Shown: in pieces, positions 1 through 12,500 of the stretch | Numbering within the stretch: the stretch's first letter is position 1 | How the letters are laid out: every line of letters starts with the position of its first letter | Assembly: GCF_036588685.1 (NCBI RefSeq) | Contig: NC_086382.1 | Span: 48,918,001 to 48,982,000, forward strand | Origin: Mytilus trossulus | Taxonomy: Eukaryota | Reading direction: 5' to 3' | DNA: 64,000 bases | Notes under the pieces: generated by a model | Told to the model about the DNA's origin: nothing | Database searches by the model: none | What the model saw: only the letters and a program-made list of their open reading frames with translations | Made by a program: the position numbers and the translations under genes

Positions 1-232
1 AATAAAAATATATGTGTGGTTTCAGTTACTCTACCTACCCTACTATTTTGTCTAAGTAATAATATCCTACCCTTAACATTTTTTTTTTCATTTTTTTTTT
101 TATTTAGTACTGTTTAACTGAGTTAGAATGTAGCTCTTATAGGTTTAATGGGAAATAAAAAAAAAGATCCCTACCTGCCAACTTTTAGATGCAACTGGAA
201 CCACAAATTAACTTAGATTTTATTTTCCCTTA
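1..232. mobile_element. MITE-like element cut by the window edge
   Basis: Inverted repeat TGTGGTTTCAGTT (16-28) / AACTGGAACCACA (193-205) with internal CCTACC motifs. Confidence 0.45.
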
Positions 233-532
233 GGTAGGCATCAGTATACTAGTCTAATGACATGTATGCCCTTTCTTTTACAACTGTTTCTGTTTGTAGA
301 TCATGTTATTGGTGTAAAATCTAGATATTTATTAATGACCATGAAGGATATAGTCATGGCTGACTGGTTTCTTTTTATATTGTAAATATAATCTTGTATG
401 CGTATGGTTTATCCAATGCCGAATCAAAATAAAGTTTTCTTTATCTACAGTATGTCCAAAAAAAGATCCGACTAGGATATATTTTTATGCACACCGTCAG
501 CCGCTCTTCTGTGTGAAGGTAAAAATTGAAAA

Positions 533-3500
533 ATGGCATCTGCTCTCAAGAAGGTCACACAACTTTCGTTGATATTTCATAAAAGAAGTAAAGACTTAAC
601 AACAATTACAAGGAGTATTGGAGATATATGGGTCAATGGAAGCTGTATTGACCGTAAGCATGTCATGTCGTCAAGCGATATCTACTTAAACTGTATTATG
701 ACCAAGTTATCTCAGTCTGACTGTGGTGTCTGTGACAGTTACACAATATTTTTTTCGTCTGTCCCTTGTGTTTTGATTTGATTTTTTGTTTCAAGTCAGA
801 TCATTCATGTTATTTTTTATCGTTAGCAGATATTGTTAAGGTATTTGGACTTATGCCACAGTAAACCTAACAGACGTGTGAAAAAAAATGTGATATAATA
901 ATGTCCATAAAATTAATCTGAAACTAAACAGTGTAATACTGCAGTTCCACTAGTCTATGATCGCACTACGATCTGTGAAATAAATGCAAATTTTGATGAT
1001 CATAGTATGGTTGTGTAGATCGCATTTAGGTTGCATCACGGTCGTGGTGAGGTCTTCAAGATCGTGATGAGCGTGGCAAACTTTAAACATGTTCAAAACA
1101 ATTCTGGTGTGATCGTGGCGAAATCAGGTTGTAGTAGAAGCGTAGTGAAAGGCACTAATATTGTAGTAAGATTGCAAAGGTATCAGAGATGGGTCCGATT
1201 ACTTTCAATGTAATTGATTAAATTACAATTACTTGTTCATTTGTAGGATTAAATTAAATTAACGATTACATCATTCCTGAAAGTGTCTGATTAAATTAAT
1301 GATTACATTTGCAAAGTAATCATGATTACATCTGATTATAATGTATTTAATAAAAAAACTACACATTTTGAATGATATATGCACATCTTTAAATTGTGAA
1401 TATATGTACAATATCTTTTATTAGGGAAGACTTCAATACTGTAACAGATTATTTTTTTTACAGAAGTATACCAAACAATTAACATGCTTTATAAATATCT
1501 TAATATGGACCATAATTTGCTATTGGGCTCCGTTTCCTATGACTATAGAAAAGTGATAAAATGTGAATTACTGTAAGAAAAGTTGTAACTACATCTAAAG
1601 ATGCCATTATTTTTATCAACATACAAGTGTATGCTACTCTTCCCTAGAAATTTTTTTAAAATATATGAATTTCAAAGATTCTACAACCGTATTTTTGTGT
1701 CGTTTCTCGGGTTACTTTTTGCTTCCGAAGAGCATAACGCTGACTGATTTATAGATAATCGTCACCAGCAAATTCATAACTTTAGCTTTCAAATAACAAA
1801 GCACATCGACCAATAAGATTAGTGAGAAGAAAATGCCGAGAACTATAAGTATTTATGTAGCAGATGTAAGAACAGTGGCGTGATTTTTGTGTCCGATTTC
1901 GTAACACAATTTTTAGATGATGTAATCTGCTTTGTTGTAATAGAATTCTTAAAAACAATATGCAAATATGAACTCTCGCGAGATGTTCAAACAGGTAAAT
2001 CCGAGATGATTTACATTCTTGTTTTGATCTTCGTAATAATTAAGTAAGAAAATTACGTTATCGTTATGCGTTACATTTCACACGAAACAGAAGTCCAGTT
2101 ATTTATTAAAATTGTTTTTGTCCTTAAGTTCTAATCATTTCCGGTCATACGTGAAACATGTGACTAACATGTGATAACGCCATTACGGCCGGATGTACGA
2201 AATACTAGGTCTAAACATTGTTTTTGTTTCCAACGGGATGTTAGCAAACATAATCTGTAGACTTGTTTCGTCTTGTTTAAAAGAGGAAAATACAATTGTC
2301 AAAGAGATTGTGTTGGTGGTCTGTTATTTTTCCTATGTGCATAATGTTACATACGATCCTGTGTGAAAATAAATGCCAAATGACTTGACAAAATCGATTT
2401 CATATTTGACAGACATTAGAACACACTTCGTTTCCCGATAATGACGTGAAGAGTCCTTGGAAAAATCAATCGAAATTATGTCTCTTATCATTGTACCAAT
2501 GCTCGTTGGATTGATTTAACTTCAGCAGTAAATATAACAGGATAATTTAGGTGAATAAATATAATTTAATAAAAAATACATGTTAATATACCGTTACACT
2601 TGGAATGTACAAAGTTGGAATCTTTGTCACAGTTTTTAATTAATATTTTTTATTCATGTTCTGCAAACACTTATCAGAAACGCAATAAACTTGTCAAAGG
2701 AGAAGTAAACTTTTACCATGCATGACTTGAAAGGAAGTACTTTATTGATTTTAGCCCACTAAAGTAGGTTAAAATGTGGAAACCATGTAGATGGTGTACA
2801 GGTCACAAGTATCACATTGTGCCTATTTTAAAGATTTTAATTCCAAGTTAAAAGTTTTTTTCTTTACTGGATTTAAAGAAAGTTACATTGCCAATGATTT
2901 GGAATAAATTGTATATAACTGGAATATCAAAACCAAATATAAATACATTTTTTTGGCTAAAACATCAAGATACAACGATTATGGTATCCTGTATCAATGA
3001 AGAAAATATGGAAAGTTCTGAATAAATTGTACTAATTGTTTTCAAAACAAGCACATATTTAGTAGTTTTATAATACTGTTACATTTAAGATGGATTTTAA
3101 GAAAAAGTATACTGTTCAGATTATTTTAAGCAGAATTTGCAATAAAATAAAACTAAAAAAATGCCTTCGGTTTCTTATGGTTTCCTGTCAGGTTTAAAAA
3201 AAACTTTAATATAACATTGAAAATAGATTTTAAATATTAACATGAAGCAAGTAACACTAGTAATGGTGTTTATTTATGCCTTTTGAATTATATTGTGCAA
3301 AATAAAGAAAATAAAGATTGGTTTCCTGTTTGGTTTCATGTCACGTAAACGGTGAATCAAAATGTATTAATTTTTTCTCAAAAAACTCAATTGTTCCATT
3401 CATACTATTCTAACACCAACACAACCCACAAAATAAAAGTTAAAATTTTAGAACTTATAAAAAAGGATACAAAAAGAAACCAAAGGCCGAATACCAAATT

Positions 3501-6500
3501 ATGGTCCATATGTTAAATATATATTAAATAGGAATATCAAAAATGTTTATTTATCATGTTTATTGATCATAAACACTGTTTAAGAATTTTGTCATTGTAA
3601 TCAGAATGTAATCAAAAAAAGTAATCAGGATTACAGTGTATTTTGAAAAGTAATTGATTAAATTAAATTACATGTAATCAGATTTTTGGCTGATTAATGA
3701 TAACACTGATTACTTGGGAAATTGTTATCAATTACAGCTGATTAACGATTACAATTACAATTACCCCAAGTCTGAAAGGTATAGCTGTACCATCTTTGTG
3801 AGAGCGTAGCGAAAGTGTGATAACTGCTGCTCTACAATCTCATTGTAACATTATTACTACCTCACTCAATCATCACTTTCTAACTGGCCAAACTATGCTC
3901 TTTACGACTATACCACGCTGTTCACGACCATAGTACAATTCTAGCACGCCCATGCCGTCCTCATTACGACCTGACTACATTCATACTATGACCATTATTC
4001 TCATTGTCATTTTCACATAAAATATATTAATTCTCTCCAGGTTTTGTTTGTCTGTATGTAATTAGGACTTTTTGTCCATTTTCTTTAACGGCTCAACCAT
4101 ACTTCTTGTTTTCATATAGATTGAATGGTTTTACACTAGAAAGTTTGGGGGCCTTTTATATCTTGCTGTTCTGTGTAAGCCAAGGCTCTATGTTGAAAGC
4201 CGTATCTTGGCCTATAATGGTTTACTTTTAAAAATTTGTTTGAGAGTTGTCTCATTGGCACTCATACCACATCTTCATATATCTATTGACACGTCTGTGT
4301 CATATCTGCTATCATTCACTAAAATATGGACCAGCAATAGGTTGTAATTTAGGTCGGATTGGTCTGTCTGACATCTCTACTTGATCAAGATTCATTTACT
4401 ATCTGAGCTTCATCTGCCTCTGCATCAACCCCTACCACCACGCCCACGTGTTCTAGTAGATTTTGGTGGCATGACTATTTTTTTCGAGAAATCTACGTAT
4501 TAATCAGAAAAAGAAATGAAGGAATGATACTGTATTGATATTGCTAAGAGTGTAGTAAGATTGCGGTATGAACGTAGAATAATCGTGGTAAGAACATGCT
4601 ATAATCGCAGTAGAAGCGTGGTAAGATTATGTTGCAATCTAATAACTCATGGTATGGTCATAGTGAGAATGTGATGAGCGTAGAAAGATCTTGATAAGTG
4701 TAGTAAGGTCGCAGAATAAGCGCGGTGAGAACGTGTTATAATCGTAGCAGGATAGTTGTAGAAGCTAATGAGGATGTAGTAGCATTGTGAAAGCAACGAA
4801 AATTTACATTTCCATGCCGCTCATACTGCGACCTCACCACAATCTGAATTTAATTTAGATTGCTGTGAGCGTTGTGCAATCGTGGTCTAGTAGGAGTGGG
4901 GCTTTAAACAGACTAAATGATCATAATGATCAGTAATACAAAATCAACAAAACAAAGATTTTGTCATGATTAATTCTATGTTCATCTAATGTTGGAGAGT
5001 GTCTTTCGTTGGATATATTGATATTGCGATATTTCTATTATACTTTTTGTCTGTTTATAAACCATACCTGCCCTATCCAATAACTTACTAACTTATTGTA
5101 AAATGTTAAACATGTTAAATGATGATAAGTGCAGACAGAGTGCATTAGAAATTTTAATCATTCAACATGATCAAGAGAAACTTTCAATACTGGCCGCCAC
5201 ATAAAAGCCTAAATGTGCTGCTTAAAAGAGGCATCAAAACACCAAAAATCAAAATCTAATCAATACTGGTTCTACTGTACAATGATCCTAAATCTTTAAG
5301 CTTTCATTTGATAACAAAACTACACAAATATTTTACTTATTGACAAAGTATGAGCTGTGTGTAAGAACTATTTCGTTCAAAATATGTTCTGCTTGCTTAT
5401 TAAAAATAACTTATGATTAGGAAATAAACATATTGAACCTTACAACATGTATAATAACACAGGTGTCATGAGAGGCCAATTCAATTAACTTTATTAAATG
5501 CCAGTAAAAAAACTGGGCACATGGACAATTAAGTTCTTAGAGTAGACATGGTAGACTACTAACTATAGGTACCATATTTTAAGCATTTAAAATCTAACTA
5601 ACATACATTTTCACATACAGCTGCAATTGGTTTATCAGAAGAACAAATACAAATTCAGCAGTTGGCAACAGATTTTGCTAAGAATGAATTATTTCCTAAC
5701 ATGGCACAGTGGGATCAACAGGTATATATATCATGTAAATTTAATATTAAGAAGTTATATAACAGTGTTATCCCCTGCATTTTAAAAATTACAAATGGCA
5801 GTCAGGCAGTGTCAACTCTTCAACATGTTCAACTATGGTACTGTTGTTCTTTTTCTAATGCTTTAAAAAAAAAAATAGCACCATTGGGTACTGCAGAGCT
5901 GGAAGAAATGTAGAAATTCAAGATAAAATAAAAATTCAGCAAAACTTCAGGAATGATTTGCATCACAAACATCATGACAAAACATACAAATGAAAACTTT
6001 CAAACAAAGGGTTTACTTTACTTGTACTTTTTAGACTTGGATACTATGTCATTAAAATAATGTTTGGAGGTTCATGTAGGCATTGTTTAATTTTGATTTA
6101 GTTGTATTAATCAAACATTGTTTCAATATGGCATCTTGATAGACATGCCAATTTTGGACTTTACGGTAAATGTAAGCCAATGAAAAAAGTTGTAACAGAA
6201 AGTTTGCAGAAGAATAATGTTGAACCAAGATTTCAGATTGGATCATCCACATTTACAAAAATGTTTTACAAACATGTTTGTTACACCTTCTTAATTTAAG
6301 AAATATTTATAGATATTACATAAAATATGTATTGACATCAAATAATATTTAGTAAACATGGTAAAATACTGAAAACAAATGTAAAGTTACCAATGTTTGA
6401 AACTAAACAAGAAAACACATTTTACAGGAAATATTTCCAAAAGATGTCCTGAAGAAGGCAGGTCAACTCGGATTTGGTGCTGCATATTGTAGGGAGGATT

Positions 6501-9500
6501 GTGGTGGTACTGGATTGTCACGCTTGGATTCATCACTTATATTTGAAGCTTTGTCTCAGGGTTGCACAAGTACAACAGCCTTCATCAGTATACATAAGTA
6601 GGTGTTCATTTTTGTGTAAGTTATGACAGACTAGGACACAAATCTATAGTTTAATGTAGAACACTCAGCAGTATCTAAAACAAAGGTCTATCCCTCTCTG
6701 AAAGAAGGAGGTTAACTGATTTACCTTTAACTATTTTTATTTATTTATTTATTATACAATATTTATATAGCGCATTATATAATTTGAAAAATTACCCTAA
6801 GCGCTTAACATGAATAAACCAAAAAAATAAGATACATAAGGTAAAAGCAAAATATACAATCACATAAATACAATTTCTGAGCAGTGGCGTGTAAAATGAA
6901 AACATTGATTGTCGGTTAAATAGAATAATATAAAAGAATGTACAACCCACATAAAAATATCAAAAAATTTAAAATTAATCAAAATGAAAGAAAAGTAAAA
7001 AGTTTAAAAAAAAATAAAAATGAGTTAAGAAAAGTTTAAAATTTCCACTGTATAAATTTAAAATAATGATTATCATAAAACCATAGTGACTCAAGTATTA
7101 AAAATTATTAAGTAAAAGTTCACAATACAATCAACTGGTAAAACAAATTGTTCATAAATTTCAAAATTTACAAAAAATCAATGAAAGCACTTTGGAAAAA
7201 ATATGTCTTAAGATCCTTTTTAAAAACATCAAGAGATTGTTCATTTCGTAAGGATGAAGGTAAGCTGTTCCAAAGAGTTGGTGCGGCAATATCGAACCGT
7301 CGTTCACCATAGCGTTTTGTCCTAACATCTTTTGGTAGTCGTAACAGCATGCTTTTCTCCGATCGCAAGGCTCTACCAGGTTTGTAATGTTCAACTAATT
7401 CCTGTAGGTATGATGGTGCCTTGCCATGAATTGCTTTAAAAATGTACAGCAGGAGTTTGTACTGACAACGAAAATGAACCGGTAACCAGTGCAATGAAAT
7501 GAGAACAGGTGTTATTGAGTCGTATTTTCTCTTGCGCGTTATTAGCCGTGCTGCTGTATTTTGCACACGCTGTAGTTTTGTTATTACACAGCTATTTGTT
7601 CCATATAACAGCGCATTACCATAATCTAGTCGTGATGTAACGAGTGAGCACACTAGAGTCTTACATGCCTCATCTGTAATCAGGGATCTAATGCGACCAA
7701 TATTTCGTATCTGATGAAAACATGCTTTTGTCGTTGCACTAGCTTGTTGTTCCATGCTGAGTGTTGTGTCAAAATAAAATCCAAGATTTTTCACACAAGA
7801 AGCATCAGTCAATATAGTTCCATCGAATGTTAGTTGGAAACTGGATAGTTGCTTTAGTTGTTGTTTTGGTGCAAACACAATTAATTCGGTTTTGTCTTGG
7901 TTTAATTTAAGCATGTTGATACTCATCCATGCACTGATATCCGACAAACAGTTCTCAAGACGATTGGAGAGGTCTGACCAGTCTCCAAGAGGTTTAATGA
8001 CTTGATACACTTGCGTGTCGTCAGCGTATGAATGGTAAGACATCCCATGTCGCCTGCAAATTTCTCCGACTGGTTTGGCAAACATACAGAAAAGTTTTGG
8101 TCCCAACACAGAGCCTTGTGGTACACCAAAGCCGAGTCTGATATCATCCGATTGTACCGATCCGATAGAAACACGCTGAGTTCTATCTGTCAAATATGAT
8201 TTCAACCACAACAGTGCCTCATCAGTTATTCCAAATGAAAACTCTAAACGATTGAGAAGTATTGTATGGTCGATAGTGTCAAATGCAGCAGATAAGTCAA
8301 GCATAAGCAAGACGACACAACAGTTATTATCAAGTGCGCACACAATATCATTATGGACGCGCAAGAGAGCAGTTTCCGTAGAATGGTATCCACTATCCAC
8401 CTGTATGTCCGTACAAGGAATTTTATGTAGCATATTTGTCAAGAACTACAAATTTTTGCTTTCAGAAGTTTCTTATCAGGCTTCATGTGATATTACTATG
8501 ATATTTTCAGATTCATCCACTGTTAAGTTTAACTTCCTGTTTACAAATACTTATATATTCAAACACACATAATCCCCATGTGTGAAAGCGAGAAGTACAA
8601 AGAAGATGTCATCTTTGCAGCCTTTTTAGGTTGTCAGAATGTTTCTTATCTAAACAAATTATTTCTTATCTAAACACTATATGACAGTTCAAATGGTGAA
8701 ACTACAGTATTTTTTATCACATCATATTATTTTTTGATTGCACATACCTCTAAAATACATAGTCATTTTTTTTTTGTTTTTTGCAATTTCTTTATTTTTT
8801 AAAGATTTTGTTTTAGATGTTTGATGTTTGTTGTTTATATATATTCTTTTCTTGTTTGTTTGATATGTGCTATTAACTGCCATCATTCATGTAAATTTTC
8901 CTCAGAATTTGGATTTTTTTTCATTTTATTCTTTACATAGTTTGTTAAACAGATTTGTTCAATATAAACACTTAGAAGATGACAATATCAAACAATTGTT
9001 AAAAGCATTACCCCTTACTCTTTTTTAGATAGTGCAGGGACTTTATGTGATAAATTAAAACAATTTATCACTTCTTTTCTGTAATGATGGTGATTTGTTT
9101 TGCAGTATGTGTGCATGGATGATTGATGAGTTTGCCAATGATGATTTGAGACAAAAATGGATACCACAGCTAGCTGGCATGGAGAAATTAGCATCATATT
9201 GTTTAACAGAACCAGGTCTGTATTTAAATCATTTGTAATTGCTTGTTTCTTTATTAAAATTTGAATGTTGATATAGATGTTATATGCAAGTCAGAGTAAG
9301 AACTTTTATATAGACTATAGGTAAATGATTGCTTTGACAATCATAATTCAAAACCTTATTTTCCATTATAACAGCAGTTGGAATTTTAAATATATCCCTA
9401 CTGGCATTTAAGAAGTGTGGATTTGATGTGATAAATTTTTCCTCACATTTGTAGCCAGGAGGGGTATGGGGTTTTGCAATTTCTTATTAAACTCAAATGT

Positions 9501-12500
9501 CATGTTAAAAAATACCTCTCTCCAGAGAAACCCTAGCTAACAAACTCCTATATATATAAGCCAATCTCAAGTTGTTTATTGTTGAATGAGTTACACAGGT
9601 TGACCAAAGGTTAATAGACTTTAATAGCTGACAATGCGGTATGGGCTTTGCTCATTGTTGAAGGCCGTACGGTGACCTATAGTTGTTAATGTTTGTGTCA
9701 TTTTGGTCTTTTGTGGATAGTTGTCTCATTGACAATCATACCACATCATCTTTTTTATATTAAAAGATGCAATCAAACATTAAATTTCTTTACTCTGACA
9801 TAGGAAATTTACTTGAAAGTGCACATTTTGAAAGTCCATCTATAAGGACCTGCATTATCTGTTTAATTTTCTTTTTAGATAATGGTAGTGATGCTGGTAA
9901 TATAAAGACTTCTGCAAAGTTACAGGGAGATAATTATATACTGAATGGTACAAAGGTAAAGCATAAAAATCATACAAATACAAAGGGTTGTTGACAGTTA
10001 TAGAATAATTAATTGGAGAACATTTTAGAATATAAGGAACTATATTTATTTCAACACATAACCAGTTTCTTTTCAGGCAATGTCATCAACATTGTCTTGA
10101 CAACAGCTATAATTGTTGTATTAAGTCTGAGGCTGAAATGTCTTTTAATATATAATAATGTTATTTATCAATGATGAAGAAAATTTGATTTGTTTCTTGA
10201 TTATGTAAAGTCGGAAATTATTGTAACTCTCTGCAGAATCTTTGTGATCTACTTATTTCAAAGAATTCTTACTTGCTGCTCAAAATATCACTTGGAAGTT
10301 GTCTGTTTTACCTAGATTTTTATTTAGTAGTTCTCTGTCCAAACCCTATATTTTTCAGGTATTTATAAGTGGTGGAGGGGACACAGATGTGTATGTAGTC
10401 ATGTGTAGGACAGGTGAGGCAGGACCCAAAGGTATCACATGTATGCTGGTAGATAAAGAATCACCAGGGCTGGCATTTGGCCAAAAAGAGAAGAAGGTAA
10501 TATGTTAAAAGTTATTTAATGATTCAATAAACGATTTTAAGAAAACAAATATTTTATTGTGTGCTCAGTGTATATTGATACAAAATCGATAAAATGAAAA
10601 ACATTGCAAAAATTTTAGTAATTGAGACACAAGTCCATATTACCTTTTGCTACCACATCTACATATAGATTTTTTCATAGATCTGTATATATGATTGTTA
10701 GAACTTAATCTTTTTGAGATCACTGATTTGGCATGGCTTTGGATAGAATAGAATATAGGCTTTTCATATGCAGACTTCATAGATTTATGAAGGGTGTTTC
10801 TCGTTTGAATATCTTGTTGGTTGATAAAGTCATGGTTTGTGTTGCAAAAAAGTACTTATATACATATATTTTCATTAATCACTGTGGTTGATATACAATT
10901 TATTTTTAAAACATAAAATCAAATTTACCCTATTTTTATCAAAATAAGATACCTCAATGTCACTCTTTCAGCTAGGATGGAACTCCCAACCAACTAGATC
11001 AGTGATCTTTGAAGATTGCCAGGTGCCTGTCTCAAATGTGGTGGGAAACTTAGGAGATGGCTTTAAAATTGCTATGAGAGGTTTGAATGGTGGAAGAATT
11101 AATGTAGGTTAGTCAGGCCCATAGCTAGGAATTTCCAAAGGGGGGTTCGTTGGACTCACAAACTCGACTTTAACAGTCACAATTCGAACAGAACATTGAA
11201 TTTAACAGTGCTTATTTGTTTTCAAGGGGGTGTTCGTCCGAACCCCCCTGCCTACGGGTATGTTAGTATTGAATTTAGTGTAGATTTTGTCCCTTTCTAA
11301 AATTCATCAATGCTCTTCATTCATTATGATTTTTGTGTCACATTTATCATAGCTTCCACAAAAAAAATAGTTTCCTAATTTTTGCCTTTTTTGGGTAACA
11401 TAAAACTTGGTTACAAACAATTAAACAACATTTATACCTACATTTAATCAAAAGTTGAAAATGACTGACACATAAACATTTGTTTTTCCTTTTGAGAAAT
11501 TACAACCTCATTGTAATGTTTGACATATCAAAAAAGAGCTTATTTAATGGAACACTTCAGTGTAAATCTTCATATAGGAACATCCCAAATATTTTGTACC
11601 ACAAAAAAAATGTCCCATAAATATTTAGATTCAGCTGAAAAAAAGTTTACGCATAATGAACTGAGATTTTCTTCAATGTAATTTCATTTTTAAAGGTTGA
11701 CAGGTATGAGAATCAACTGGTATGCAAATATATTTAAGGGTCAAATAAACAAATATGATAACAGTTCTTCTTATTTCAGGGTCATGCTCATTAGGAGCTG
11801 CACAAAACAGTCTACAGTTAACTAGAAATTATTTAAAAGTTAGGAAACAGTTTGGAAAAACATTAGACAATTTTCAGGTAAAATGATTAATTTGTAATGA
11901 TAGAATTTCAAAGAGCTTTAAAATAACAACTTGCTCATCTCTATTTTAAAGTGATTAAATATATGATGTGAAATGGAAGTAGGTATATACTGTTTAATTT
12001 TAGAGTTAATCTACAGGATTGAAATATTGATCCAAGTTATATACCTACTAGTACACATATCTCAGTCTTATTTAAACCTCTCATCATCTTCATTTGTATT
12101 TAGATGAAGTCCATTTTTTTTTAGCTTTTCAGTAAATACACAATGCATGCATTTTAAATTATAGATTAAATTGCCATCAAAGATTCTAAAATACACAAGT
12201 GATATGCTCTTATCACCACTACACTGCATTCAGAATATATAATAAAAGCTGTCCATAAGAGTTCATTAAAATCAATCTTATTAAAATACAGATGTGTCAA
12301 CAAATTGCTTACAAAGATTTGAAAAGACTGTTTTACTTTCTATACTAATATTTAACACAATGAAATGCATGCCTACATTATATATAGTATAACTAAATGC
12401 TAACACATTATCCATCTTTTAAATATCTGTAATTGTTTAGTCTTGTATTATTTTTATTTTAGTTTCTTGTGTACAATTTGGAAATTAGTATGGCGTTCAT

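Larger units (their letters stand above)
938..4903. mobile_element. Old non-autonomous TIR transposon (Harbinger-like by inference); outer member of a nest in ACAD8 intron 1
   Basis: Degenerate TIR: CCACTAGTCTATGATCGCACTACG (947-970) versus the reverse complement of 4870-4893, CTACTAGACCACGATTGCACAACG (18/24). Both halves share CGTAGT/CGTGGT-rich composition. Confidence 0.55.

Noticed and set aside
452-516. Two short upstream ORFs (452-475, 487-516) before the ACAD8 ATG, after a possible acceptor at 450
   Set aside because: The 5' UTR extent is unknown, and such short ORFs are expected by chance in AT-rich DNA.
5222-5583. Possible Kolobok-like MITE (one-ended or decayed candidates also at ~52900-53262 and ~21985-22387)
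   Set aside because: The TIRs are too degenerate or one-sided to set boundaries.
9204-9893. TEPDNGSD instead of TEPGSGSD in the ACAD8 FAD-binding motif
   Set aside because: This position varies among acyl-CoA dehydrogenases. All other motifs are intact, so it is not evidence of a pseudogene or new function.
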